Below, one piece after another: positions 8,925 to 19,031 of a DNA stretch of 64,000 nucleotides (position 1 is the first letter of the stretch; each line of letters starts with the position of its first letter). The notes beneath the pieces were generated by a model. That model did not search any database, was not told the origin of the DNA, and saw only the letters and a list, made by a program, of their open reading frames with translations. Source of the DNA: Thermodesulfobacteriota bacterium (GTDB lineage Bacteria; Desulfobacterota_D; UBA1144; Nemesobacterales; Nemesobacteraceae); the NCBI GenBank assembly GCA_965204665.1, contig OZ242002.1, forward strand, positions 1,433,995 through 1,497,994, given 5' to 3'. Made by a program: the position numbers and the translations under genes.

Positions 8925-9514
8925 TTTAGAGCGGGTCTGCGGCGATTTTTTCGCTGAAGCACCTTGAGCAGTTCTTCAAAGCGGAAGTCTGTCTCCGAGC
9001 ATGCTCTGAGTACTATTTCCGCTGACACTCTTGCGTCTTCCCCCGCGTCATGATGGTTGAATGAGATTTCAAGGTCGCCTGCGATATTTCCGAGGTTGTA
9101 CCCTCCGGAGGCGTATTTCTCCGGCCAGGCGCGTCTTGCAACCTGCGCGCTGTCGATCCATGCTTTATAACTGAGAGTTTTTCCGTAGAGTTCACAGGCT
9201 TTCTGAATCGCCCTGCGGTCAAAAAAAGTGTGGCTTACAACGGTGCCTTCCAGATATTCGGCGACTTTGTCGTATATATCCTCAAAGCCGGGAGAGTCCG
9301 CCACCATGCCGGATGTTATGCCGTGAACCCCTATATTCCCGGGGTGGAAATAATCCCCCGGGTCTACAAGTTGTGTCCATAACTCTGTTATTTCAGATGA
9401 CCTGACTACCGCAATCCCTATCTGGCAGATGCTCGAGACATCCGGGTTCGCCGTTTCCACATCAACCGCTACAAAATCTTGCGGCCGCGCTGATAAGATT
9501 TTTCTGTTCAGCAT
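8921..9514 (-). CDS. DnaQ-like DEDDh 3'-5' exonuclease
   Basis: Exo I motif FVAVDVETAN, Exo III HHDAGEDARVSAEI. 197 aa. Confidence 0.8.
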   Translation of the reverse strand: MLNRKILSARPQDFVAVDVETANPDVSSICQIGIAVVRSSEITELWTQLVDPGDYFHPGNIGVHGITSGMVADSPGFEDIYDKVAEYLEGTVVSHTFFDRRAIQKACELYGKTLSYKAWIDSAQVARRAWPEKYASGGYNLGNIAGDLEISFNHHDAGEDARVSAEIVLRACSETDFRFEELLKVLQRKNRRRPALK

Positions 9515-9570
9515 TTTTTATACTTTAGCGGCATCAGACATTGCAGTGCGGTGACCGAATACGGCGGATC

Positions 9571-10604
9571 CTAGGAATTCTCACGCCTTTGGGCTTGTTC
9601 TCGTTCGGGTGCATACGCAATTTCATGTCGGGACAACCCCTTGTGCCGACGCACATTGAGGGCTTTCCACTCCAGAAGCGGTTGGACCTGGATGCGTTTT
9701 TGGAGGGATGAATCCGAGGTCAGGATCGTCGCGTCGATTTCACCTTTGTCCAACAGAAGGTCGAGGAATGCCTGCTCGGCATCGGTAAACGGCAGCAGAA
9801 CGGACAGAGCTTTCTTGGTCTCCCCCAGAATTTGCGCCCCGTATTCCGCGGGCGACGCCTGTTTTTCTGGCTGACGGACTCGGAGAGTGGGACCGAGTTG
9901 TCTTGCCAGTTCCGATTCATCGTAGTCGGCATCGTCAATAGCAATGGTTCTCCAGTCCTTGCGGTTCATCGCCCCGTATACGAAGAAGGCGATGCGGAGC
10001 CGCTCGCGTTGAAGCGTGTCCGTATCAAGTATGCGATGACAATCGAACAGATCTCTCGCCTGTTTGCGGGAAAACAGCGCCGAGAGCTTGCCGGCCGCAA
10101 GTTCATGAAGGTCGAGAAGGGGAACATCTTTGGCCTGATTGTCCCCGAGCGGATGTGAATCGGCTTGGGGAATATCCCAAAGCGGTTGTCTGAACATGAA
10201 ATTCAAATCGACCTCCAGGCTCCCGGATTGCCAGGTGTAGCTCGGGTAACTCAACCGCCACTTCCCTACTGCGTGTTCGCCCGGCGTCCTCCTGACCGTG
10301 AACCCCTCACGGGAGAAGACCGCCTGGGCCGCATGCTCGATTCTCGGCCTCTCCTCCGGCATTTCCTCGCGCTCCAGCGCGCCGCGATGTAATTCAGGTC
10401 GATGTCCACGGACAACCGGGGATGGCGGAGGACGAACAGATTCAGGGCCGTGCCGCCCTTAAGGACCCATCTTCCCTTGAGCGACGGGTGCCTGTTCAGA
10501 GCGTTCAGCAGATTCATCAGACAGAAAACTTTCTCGACCACCTCCGCGTTGAATCCGTTGGCTCCGGCCACGGGAAGGATCTCCGAGGCGGAAAATCTCA
10601 CCAT
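9571..10604 (-). pseudogene. AbiEii/AbiGii-family nucleotidyltransferase toxin (DUF1814), frameshifted
   Basis: The N-terminal nucleotidyltransferase motif LKGGTALNLF...RLSVDIDLNY is in ORF 10266-10604. The rest of the protein is in ORF 9571-10362, in another frame, with a ~96-nt overlap. GC-rich relative to flanks. Confidence 0.6.
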
Positions 10605-11539
10605 ACCTCTCCCCAGGACTGATTCAGGATTTCATTAGGGACCATCAGGTTCCAGTCTTTCATCAAACGGCAATCTCTGGGCCTGCCTTGCATCAGATGG
10701 CGGGGCTGACTCGGACGCAGCCTGCGCAGGGCGTCCAGGTGTGTATTCCTTACCATCAGAGGCTCTCTGTGCTGTTCCAGAAAAAATCCGACCTTCGCGG
10801 CTGTGGTCGCATTCTCCAGCAGGCGGGTGTACGCGATGACTTGTTCCAGGTCGAAGAACTCCACCGATTCCAAGGATCGCCATATTTCCTCTCAGGTTCC
10901 GGTCAGGTCAGGTCGATCCAGCGCATCGACCATGGTTCTTTCATGGCTGGTCACCCGGAGTTTCACGCCGGAGCGCTCATGGCGAGTAACTCCGAACATC
11001 TCCTCTCCTTTCTCCGAAAGCGGCGGAGGCACGGGCGCGCGCCGGAACTCGTGGGACTGAAATGTAAGCGGAAGAGACTTGGTCGCCGAGATGTAGACCA
11101 GCCTCCAGTGTACAGAGTACGCTCTCCCGTGGAACTCCAGGGCAGTGTGGTAGCCCAGTACAGCATCCCCGGTCATCCTGGCCGCCACCAGGAATGGACC
11201 GACCGGAGCGGTTTCGGGGTCCATACCCCGGGGAACCGTTGCATACAGGCCGCGACGCACATGGACGATCCGGCCTCGCTTGCGGTGGTAGGCCAGCAGC
11301 GACTTGCGGGTGCGGGTGTTGCCGGACCCGTATTCGGAGAGGAAGCGGTCCAGTTCGTCCACCGTGAAAACGGCATGTCGAGCTAGGAATTCATTGAGCC
11401 TCACGGAATGTTTTCTTTGACTATCAGTCGACATAGTAGCAAAAAAATAACTGTATTTACTATATTCATCAATTATATGTGTATGAAAAACGGTCGAAGC
11501 GGGAGGGATTTTATTAGTGCTTGTCCACCGATTCGTCAA
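10598..11539 (-). pseudogene. AbiEi-family antitoxin/transcriptional regulator interrupted by an in-frame TGA
   Basis: ORFs 10892-11539 and 10598-10873 are in the same frame, separated by a single TGA at 10892-10894 (...DLTGT*EEIWRSLESVEFF...). Together ~312 aa, typical of AbiEi. The 3' end overlaps the AbiEii start by 7 nt (10598-10604), suggesting translational coupling. Confidence 0.5.
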
Positions 11540-12246
11540 AGGACTGGATATGCACTACTGACCGTCCTTATGATTATTCCGGCCTGCCTCGTGGGCAGAA
11601 AATCCTTGCATTCTGTTGATATTTTTTCAGATATATGTTTTCTACGGTTCTTTCAAAATCTGCTGCTCGATGCCTGCAGTCAAAGCGAAAGCGGATTGAT
11701 TATAATTTCCGAGCAGCTCGGTGCGGTCATGTCAGCCACGACGAGGTAAGCGTTCGGGCGGACCGTGACGAGGTGTCTGCTTTAGGTAATGCGCCGCTTT
11801 TGGACTTGTCGGATTGTGCGAAGCTCCAAGCTTGGCGAGGAAGTTCGAATGCTCAGGTTGGCGTTGCTTTGCCGCCCACTTGGTAGCGCGTGTGTGGAAT
11901 ATTATCATAAGATGTCTCGTGGGTCGGAGAGCGGGAAGTATCATTACCCAAAATGCTCCGCATGATCTTCAAGCCGGGTATGTGCGCGGAGAACAACCGG
12001 CGAAGGCTCAACGGATTCGACTTCGTAGGGAAAGTGATGACGGGTGTGAAATTCAAAGATGGGATTGAGAGATAAATAAGAAAAACGAAAAGGAGAATTC
12101 AAATAACTGGAACGCCTCTCGGTCATGCAAACACTGGATTTGACAATAACTCGTTTCAGGTCTGCTTATATAAATACGGAAACACCATGACCGGGTTTTA
12201 AACTCCTTCCGTATCATATATACTTCAAGTATTCAAAAAGTTTTTT

Positions 12247-12765
12247 ATGGAGACGAGCAGAGTGCCTTTATACGAATACGAATGCGAAAGTTGTATGGAG
12301 CGGTATAACAGGGACATAGACAACCTTGTCGGCAAACTTACAAAAACCAACGCTGCCGACATATTCAGGAAAAATAAAAACTTCTGCTATATTTCGGTCA
12401 CGCGGACAAAGAGCGGAAAACAGGTTTTCGAGTTCGGAGAAAAAAATGCGGCGGGAACGAGAAGGTTTCGTTACTCCCTTGAAAGCGGCAAGGTGCTTTA
12501 TCTTGAATTGAAGAATTTCCGCTTCGACCATCTTGTGTACGGAGAGCAGGACCGGGATGATGCCGTATGTCCCCTATGTGATGATGCCGCTTCGGTAAGA
12601 AGGGTTTTTTCAACATTCAAGGCCATATTTGATGACAAGAACAAAAGAGCGCCGAGGCCGGGAGATGATCTTCGCTGGCACCTTGAATACAAACAGCAGA
12701 AAGACGAGGAAATAGCGAGTGACTGGGTGGGACAGGATCACCTGGGTCAGTATTTCAACAGATAG
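12247..12765 (+). CDS. FmdB-type zinc-ribbon protein with a ~90-aa insertion between the Cys knuckles (paralog 1)
   Basis: MPLYEYECESC...(~95 aa)...CPLCDD. The probable true start is the GTG at 12262 giving MPLYEYEC; RBS GGAGAC upstream. Confidence 0.6.
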   Translation: METSRVPLYEYECESCMERYNRDIDNLVGKLTKTNAADIFRKNKNFCYISVTRTKSGKQVFEFGEKNAAGTRRFRYSLESGKVLYLELKNFRFDHLVYGEQDRDDAVCPLCDDAASVRRVFSTFKAIFDDKNKRAPRPGDDLRWHLEYKQQKDEEIASDWVGQDHLGQYFNR

Positions 12766-12775
12766 GAGAGAGCAG

Positions 12776-13258
12776 ATGCCGCTTTACGAATTCGAGTGCA
12801 TAAAATGCAGAAACAACATTGAAAAATCCCTCAAAGTGCTTGAAAAAAAAACAGATAAACAGACTGTGAAAGGTCTGGTCCAGAAACACGATAATATCCA
12901 CGTGATAGAGGTTGTTGATCTCGAGGGGGAGAAGATACTGGCGAAGCATGGAAAAAAAGGAAAAAATTCGGTGTTTCGGGATTTTTATCTGAATGAAGGA
13001 ACGGTGCTTGCCCTTTTCAACATGCGGAACTACAGATTCTCCGAGCTCATATACGCCGAAGGTGATGAAAAAAACGTGGAGTGTCGTTGTGGGGAGCGGA
13101 AAAAAGTGGAAAAGGTGTTCTCGACTTTTTCCTTTACGAAGGACCTTTCCACCGATATGCCCAAGCCGGACCTCTCGAACCTACCGCCTTCGGTAAGAAA
13201 CAGAACCCATATCGGTGAATATATAGAGGAAAAGGACAGACCGAAAAAGAATAGATAG
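12776..13258 (+). CDS. FmdB-type zinc-ribbon protein paralog 2 (second knuckle degenerate, CRC)
   Basis: MPLYEFECIKC...(~90 aa)...VECRCGERKKVEKVFSTFSF. Clear paralog of the upstream gene (YRFSELIYAEGDEKNVEC vs FRFDHLVYGEQDRDDAVC). RBS AGGAGAG lies 7 nt upstream of the ATG at 12776. Confidence 0.6.
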   Translation: MPLYEFECIKCRNNIEKSLKVLEKKTDKQTVKGLVQKHDNIHVIEVVDLEGEKILAKHGKKGKNSVFRDFYLNEGTVLALFNMRNYRFSELIYAEGDEKNVECRCGERKKVEKVFSTFSFTKDLSTDMPKPDLSNLPPSVRNRTHIGEYIEEKDRPKKNR

Positions 13259-13290
13259 ACCCCGCCCCTGCGCGCCGGCGGATGCGGAAA

Positions 13291-13956
13291 TCATTTCTGT
13301 TCGGGGGTTTTCCGCGCGTAATCTTCTTTCCGTTTTCCGAACCGTCTTTTGAGTTCGCGGGTCACATCATCGGGGCCGAGACCGGCTTCGCTCAGAACCA
13401 CCATGGAGTGAAACCACAGGTCCGCTGTCTCGTATACAACTTCCTTCGGGTCTCTGTTCTTGGCGGCTATTATCACTTCCCCCGCTTCCTCGCCGATTTT
13501 TTTCAGTATACGATCAAGCCCCGACTCCAGAAGGCCGCTTACGTATGACCCTTCTCCGGGGTTCTGCTTTCTGTTTTCTATAGTTTCTGCGACTTCGGCA
13601 AGGAATCCGCTGTCGAATTCAGGCGCGAGTTTTTCCGTAAAGTCCCGGGACCTGTAAAAACATGACGGCTTTCCCGTGTGGCAGGCGACTCCTGTTTGCG
13701 AGACCGTTACGAGCACGGTATCACGGTCGCAGTCGATGAATATTTCTTTCACGTCTTGAAAGTGACCGGATTGTTTTCCCTTGTTCCAGATCTTTTTTCT
13801 CGATCTGCTCCAGAAGTGGGTTCTTCCGGTCAGCACGGTTTTTTCAAGAGCATCCCTGTCGGCCCAGGCGAGCATGAGAACTCGGCCGGAAACTCCATCC
13901 TGCACTATAACCGGGACGAGCCCCTGTTCATTGAAATTTACATTGTCGAAATCCAT
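13291..13956 (-). CDS. hisIE: Bifunctional phosphoribosyl-AMP cyclohydrolase / phosphoribosyl-ATP pyrophosphatase HisIE
   Basis: HisI region GLVPVIVQD...[14 protein letters not shown]...THFWSRSR; HisE region [13 protein letters not shown]...[13 protein letters not shown]...[13 protein letters not shown]. The upstream 134-codon ORF extension overlaps rpoZ and is judged spurious; the start is set at MDFDNVNF. Confidence 0.85.
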   Translation of the reverse strand: MDFDNVNFNEQGLVPVIVQDGVSGRVLMLAWADRDALEKTVLTGRTHFWSRSRKKIWNKGKQSGHFQDVKEIFIDCDRDTVLVTVSQTGVACHTGKPSCFYRSRDFTEKLAPEFDSGFLAEVAETIENRKQNPGEGSYVSGLLESGLDRILKKIGEEAGEVIIAAKNRDPKEVVYETADLWFHSMVVLSEAGLGPDDVTRELKRRFGKRKEDYARKTPEQK

Positions 13957-14164
13957 TCGAAATTTCCTTGCCGAGCGTCCTAAGATAGTAATGGCGGAAT
14001 TTCGGTTGTCAAAAAGCCGCAAATAGGCGCCCGGGATTCTGACGGGAGAAGTCGAGAGCTCGTTCTGACCTGTTTTTAGACCGCGATGGGGTGCCGAGAG
14101 GTTTGACATATCTGTCAGAAAAGGGATCATACCAAGGTAATTCATACTGAGAAGGTGGATAAGG

Positions 14165-14377
14165 ATGGCTAGAATCACTATTGAAGATTGCCTTGAGAAA
14201 GTCGGAAACAAATTCGCACTCTCCATCGCCGCAATGAAAAGAGCAAAGCAGATATCCAAGGGAGCTAGGGTAGTGGCGTCTGAAAATGATGACAACAAAC
14301 ATGTTGTTTCAGCGCTTCGGGAGATAGCCGAAGGAAAAGTGGAAGTCCTATATCCCAAGGACAGGGATAACTACTGA
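14165..14377 (+). CDS. rpoZ: DNA-directed RNA polymerase subunit omega
   Basis: [30 protein letters not shown] matches the RpoZ N-terminus. 70 aa. Confidence 0.9.
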   Translation: MARITIEDCLEKVGNKFALSIAAMKRAKQISKGARVVASENDDNKHVVSALREIAEGKVEVLYPKDRDNY

Positions 14378-14402
14378 TCAACTGAGCGGCATCCGCCCCG
14401 TT

Positions 14403-16349
14403 ATGCTTTCTGCAGGCATAGACGCCGGAGGAACCTTCACCGATTTTGTTTTCTTCGACGGGAAAAAAATATCGATAAACAAGGTTCTTTCCACCCCCGA
14501 GGACCCCTCGAAAGCGGTAATGCAAGGTCTTTCGGGGTATACTTCCGGTTCGTCGGAACTTTCCGAAATCATCCACGGCACCACGGTAGCCACAAACTCC
14601 CTCCTTGAGCGGGACGGTGCCAGGACCTGTCTTGTCACCACAAAAGGGTTTGAAGACGTAATACAAATAGGGAGACAGAACAGGGAGAAACTCTACGACC
14701 TGTTCTGGAGTCCGCAACCCGCTCTTGTTCCGCCTCAACTCAGGTTCGGAGTTTCCGAGAGGGTTGATTACCGTGGACAGGTGCTCAAAAGCCCGCAGGA
14801 AAAAGAGATTGAGCGGATAGCGGAAAACATGCTGTCTTCGGATGTTGAAGCGATAGCGGTCTGTTTTCTTCATTCTTACGCCAATCCCGAAAACGAGCGC
14901 CTCGTGGCGCACATGCTCTCACATCTGGGCATACCCGTCACTCTTTCATCCGACCTCGCACCCGAGTTTCGTGAGTATGAAAGAACTTCCACCACTGTTG
15001 CCAACTCCTATCTGATTCCCAAAGTAAGCGGGTACATGCGCTCGCTTTTGAGAAGTCTGAAAGGAAAATCTCTTCACGTGATGCAGTCGAACGGCGGGGT
15101 GATATCCGCAGAACAGGCGGCCGAGGGTCCCGCAAGAATAGTGTTGTCCGGTCCTGCCGGGGGAGTCGTGGGGGCGTTTGAAGTATGCGCGCTTGCAGGA
15201 AGAAAAAAAATAATCACCTACGACATGGGCGGAACATCTACTGACGTATCGCTTTGCGACGGCGGGATAAGTTTCACTACCGAAAATATCCTGGACGGTA
15301 TAGCTCTCAAAGTGCCTATGATAGACATCTCGACCATAGGGTCGGGCGGAGGTTCCATAGCGCGCGTATCCGAGGGGCAGATACTGAAGGTCGGTCCCGC
15401 AAGCGCGGGCGCCGACCCGGGCCCCGCATGTTACGGAAAAGGGGTTCTCCCGACCGTTACGGACGCGAATGTAGTTCTGGGAAGAATGGAGCCCGGACGC
15501 TTTCTGGGCGGACGGATGAAGATATACCCCGAGAGGTCCGTCGAGGCGCTCAAAGAGCTTTATCCGGGCAGACCGGTTTGTGAAACGGCTGAAGCCGTGA
15601 TTAATATCTCAAACTCAAATATGGAAAAGGCGCTGAGGGTGATATCCGTCGGAAGGGGTCATGACCCGAGAGAATTTTCGCTTGTGTCGTTCGGGGGCGC
15701 GGGAGGACTTCATGCCTGCGCGCTCGCTTCCTCTCTCGGAATAGGAGAAGTGGTCTTTCCGGCGAATCCCGGAGCTCTTTCCGCTTACGGGATGCTGCTT
15801 GCCGACTCTTTTAAGGATTACGGCATCACCTTCTTCTCTCAAGCGGATGACCCGGACTGTGTTGCGGAAACATCCGACAGGTTCACGGAGCTCCAGAAAA
15901 AAGCTGTTTACGACACCCGTTGCGGCGACTTGCGTTTTGAACGGTATGTCGACGCGAGATACAGAAGACAGTCCCATGAACTCACCATTCCGTTCAGCGG
16001 TTCGATTGCTTCAGACTTTCACCGGGCTCACAAGAAGGCTTACGGTTATATGCAGTCGTCTCCGGTGGAGATCGTAACCTTGAGACTTCGGGCTTATCTG
16101 CCCGGGCGAAAGATAAAAATTCCCAAGCTGGTAAAAACGGGGCCCGGACCGCGTCCTGTTTCAAGGTCCGTGATATTTCAAGGCGGTGAAACGCAGGCGA
16201 CGTGTTATGACCGAGATGAGATGTCCGCGGGTTTTTCCTTTGATGGTCCGAGTGTCGTTTTTGAGAGGACCGCAACTGCTTTTATTCCGTCCGGGTTCTT
16301 ATGCAGTGTGGACGAATATGGAAGCATAATAGCTTCTGCAGACGCTTGA
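14403..16349 (+). CDS. Hydantoinase/oxoprolinase family protein (HyuA-like)
   Basis: 648 aa. N-terminal GIDAGGTFTDFV and the overall hydantoinase_A architecture. No hyuB partner is adjacent. Confidence 0.8.
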   Translation: MLSAGIDAGGTFTDFVFFDGKKISINKVLSTPEDPSKAVMQGLSGYTSGSSELSEIIHGTTVATNSLLERDGARTCLVTTKGFEDVIQIGRQNREKLYDLFWSPQPALVPPQLRFGVSERVDYRGQVLKSPQEKEIERIAENMLSSDVEAIAVCFLHSYANPENERLVAHMLSHLGIPVTLSSDLAPEFREYERTSTTVANSYLIPKVSGYMRSLLRSLKGKSLHVMQSNGGVISAEQAAEGPARIVLSGPAGGVVGAFEVCALAGRKKIITYDMGGTSTDVSLCDGGISFTTENILDGIALKVPMIDISTIGSGGGSIARVSEGQILKVGPASAGADPGPACYGKGVLPTVTDANVVLGRMEPGRFLGGRMKIYPERSVEALKELYPGRPVCETAEAVINISNSNMEKALRVISVGRGHDPREFSLVSFGGAGGLHACALASSLGIGEVVFPANPGALSAYGMLLADSFKDYGITFFSQADDPDCVAETSDRFTELQKKAVYDTRCGDLRFERYVDARYRRQSHELTIPFSGSIASDFHRAHKKAYGYMQSSPVEIVTLRLRAYLPGRKIKIPKLVKTGPGPRPVSRSVIFQGGETQATCYDRDEMSAGFSFDGPSVVFERTATAFIPSGFLCSVDEYGSIIASADA

Positions 16350-16353
16350 AGCG

Positions 16354-16950
16354 ATGGATATACGGGAGAAGATAGGAAAGGCTCTTGCGCTTCCGGGTGC
16401 GGATTCCGACCCCGGTGAAGGTCTTGTCGCATCCGCGGTCGCACTTATGCTGTGCCGTGCGGAGGAGCAGCACTGGATATGGTTCATAAGAAGAACCGAG
16501 TACAGAAAAGATCTCTTTTCAGGTCATGTGGCTTTTCCCGGAGGGAAGAGAAAAAACGAAGATTCCACTCTGTTGCATACGGCTTTTCGGGAGGTGGAGG
16601 AGGAACTCGGATTCTCCCTTGAGACGGAGGGGCGGATACTAGGGGAGATGGGTTTCGTCCGACCTTTTACGCCTGCTGTCCGTCAGTACGCGGTAAAACC
16701 TTTCGTCGCGTTCATAGATGCGGACCCTGACTTTATTCCCAACTATGAAGTCGCTCAATACTTCAGGGTTCCCGTTCGGCATCTGCTTTCTCCGGAAAAC
16801 CGGAAAACAAGAGAAAGAGTGCGGGGCGATGAAATTGTGAACGATTATGTCTTTCGATACCGAAATCACATAATATGGGGGCTTACCGGAAGGATTCTCA
16901 ATGAGTTCTTCAAAAAGACCTCGAACTTTTTTCCCGATTCTGCCGGATAG
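16354..16950 (+). CDS. NUDIX hydrolase (CoA pyrophosphatase-like)
   Basis: Nudix box GHVAFPGGKRKNEDSTLLHTAFREVEEELG. A 4-nt gap after the hydantoinase gene suggests an operon. Confidence 0.75.
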   Translation: MDIREKIGKALALPGADSDPGEGLVASAVALMLCRAEEQHWIWFIRRTEYRKDLFSGHVAFPGGKRKNEDSTLLHTAFREVEEELGFSLETEGRILGEMGFVRPFTPAVRQYAVKPFVAFIDADPDFIPNYEVAQYFRVPVRHLLSPENRKTRERVRGDEIVNDYVFRYRNHIIWGLTGRILNEFFKKTSNFFPDSAG

Positions 16951-17286
16951 AATCCGGTCGAATAACTTTACCATGCCTGCTCATTTGTACGACGGGTACC
17001 CCGACGATGGATACACCAATGTACAGTTTAATGGGTGCTGGGTTTTAGGTAAACTTGAGCCAATGGGCTGTATTGTGCCGGCATCGGTTGCTATTCTGTG
17101 CCAATCTCCCTTCAGAAAAGCAAGAAGAAATGGCTGAAACAGTTTAATGGGCGGGCGAAATTTAAAAGGCATGGCTTCTTATGTGGAGAAATATTTATTA
17201 GATTTCTACAAAAGTACAGAACATCTCTAATTAATGCTGGAGTAACTCTGCTAAGATATTCCCAACTACATCAAGGAGCGGGTTGA

Positions 17287-19031
17287 GTGAGCATTCTAAT
17301 AAAAACTGTGCGTGTTTCAGGATTTCGCGGGCTGGAAAATCTACAGGTGGATCTGGAGCGGACAACTGTTTTAACTGGAATGAATAATACAGGGAAGACA
17401 TCGTTTCTAAAGGCAATACAGATAGCATTGGGCAATCAGTTTATTTCTCCCGACGACTTTTTCATCCGTGATAATAGCAGTTGTGAGCGAATTACGATTG
17501 ATCTGCTTATTGTGCCTGTAGACATCGATGGTTCTGATGTCGACGATTTCTCCGAAGATTGGGAAGTGTTGCTGACCACCGACAGAATTAGAACGGACGG
17601 TATAAAAAACTTCCTGCCTCTAAGGACGATTTGTACTCTTGATTCAACGAACAGCAGTTATAAAATGCAACAATTCATCTTATCAGGTTGGCCGGAATTT
17701 AATGGTAATAACGATTGGCATAAACATGACGATGGTAAAAAAACACGCTTCCATTTCGAGGAAATCCCCTTTTTTATATGGACGCCCAGCGCGACATTAT
17801 GGAGGATACTAGACAAAAAAGTTCATATCTTGGAAAAATGTTGGCCAATATTGAATATTCGGACGCGGATATTGACGAGATAGAAACGCAGATCAAACAG
17901 TTGAACGAGAAAGCCGTAAGTAGCAGTGATGTTCTCCGTAATATTAAAGATACTCTTAAAGACTTAGATTCAGCGATGGGCAGCCAAAGCCATGGTATTG
18001 AGATAACTCCCTTCACTAAGAAAATACGCGATTTGAACAAAGGGATGAGTATCTACTACGGCGACAACAAGGACAGTTTTTCTATGGAGTACCATGGAAT
18101 GGGCACTAGAAGCTGGTCTTCTCTTTTGACTCTAAAGTCCTTTATCAACCAACTTTCCTCTCAAGCAGAGAACAAGAACAACGTGTTTTTCCCACTGCTG
18201 GCCGTAGAAGAACCGGAGGCGCACCTGCATCCGAATGCACAAAAAAAGTTGTACGGGCAAATAAATAACATCGCCGGTCAGAAAATCATTTCAACCCATT
18301 CCCCGTATATTGCTGCTGCTGCGGATATTAAGCAAATTCGAAATTTTTATAAAAGTGAAAAGGTGAATTGTGGCCGTATTAAGATTGATGCCTCGAATAA
18401 GGAAGACATAAGAAAAATAGAGCGTCGGGTGATTAGCCGCAGGGGTGAAATGTTTTTCTCGAAGTTGATCGTGTTTTTTGAAGGGGAAACCGAGGAGCAG
18501 GCATTACCGGTATTTTTCCGGAAATATTTCAGTAGAACCCATGTTGAAGTCGGTTTGGATTTCGTTGGAGTAGGCGGTTATACAAACTATCTTCCCTTTA
18601 TTAGATTCGCCGAAGATCTGGGCATTCCCTGGTTGATTCTCTCAGATGCTGAACAAAAGGCGAAAACGAATGTTTCGGAACAATTTCAGAAATGCAACAC
18701 ACAGAAAAATCTCAATGAAGTTGTTCTTTATTTAGATGGGAGCAACAATTTTGAGCGTCAACTAATTGCTGATGGATTTCAGGATGAAATTAGAAAGAGT
18801 ATTCTTGGTTTTTATGATTACGACAACGAACAAAATAGGGCAGACAGAGAGCAAAAAGTCGAAAGCTATACCGACGATGAACTTTATGAAACCATCAAGA
18901 AAAATAAGACGAAGTACGGCCCCGCCGTTGCAGAAAAAATCATAGAGAGCGGCAAAGAGTTGCCGCCGAAGATTGTAACCCTCTTCGAAAAAGTAAAGTC
19001 CATCCTTAAGTTAGGGGGAGTTGATGTATGA
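17287..19031 (+). pseudogene. gajA: OLD-family ABC-ATPase/Toprim nuclease (GajA-like), split by a 1-nt frameshift
   Basis: Walker A GMNNTGKTS in ORF 17287-17883. Q-loop-like LFYMDAQRD, Walker B LLAVEEPEAHLHP and the Toprim region (VFFEGETEEQ...LILSDAE) are in ORF 17778-19031, in another frame. The overlap contains A7, C4 and T6 homopolymers (17737-17775). Confidence 0.7.

Noticed and set aside
10688-11386. 232-aa plus-strand ORF
   Set aside because: Antisense to the AbiEi-like gene in a GC-rich segment, where long stop-free antisense frames are expected. Ala/Gly/Arg-rich translation without motifs.
13957-14358. N-terminal 134-codon extension of the hisIE ORF
   Set aside because: Not homologous to HisI, and it overlaps the well-supported rpoZ on the opposite strand. 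The HisIE alignment begins at MDFDNVNF (13956).
17023-17157. Two copies of ACAGTTTAATGGG(T/C)G 116 bp apart, upstream of gajA
   Set aside because: Too short and isolated to call a repeat element or operator. Possibly a remnant of a duplicated small ORF.
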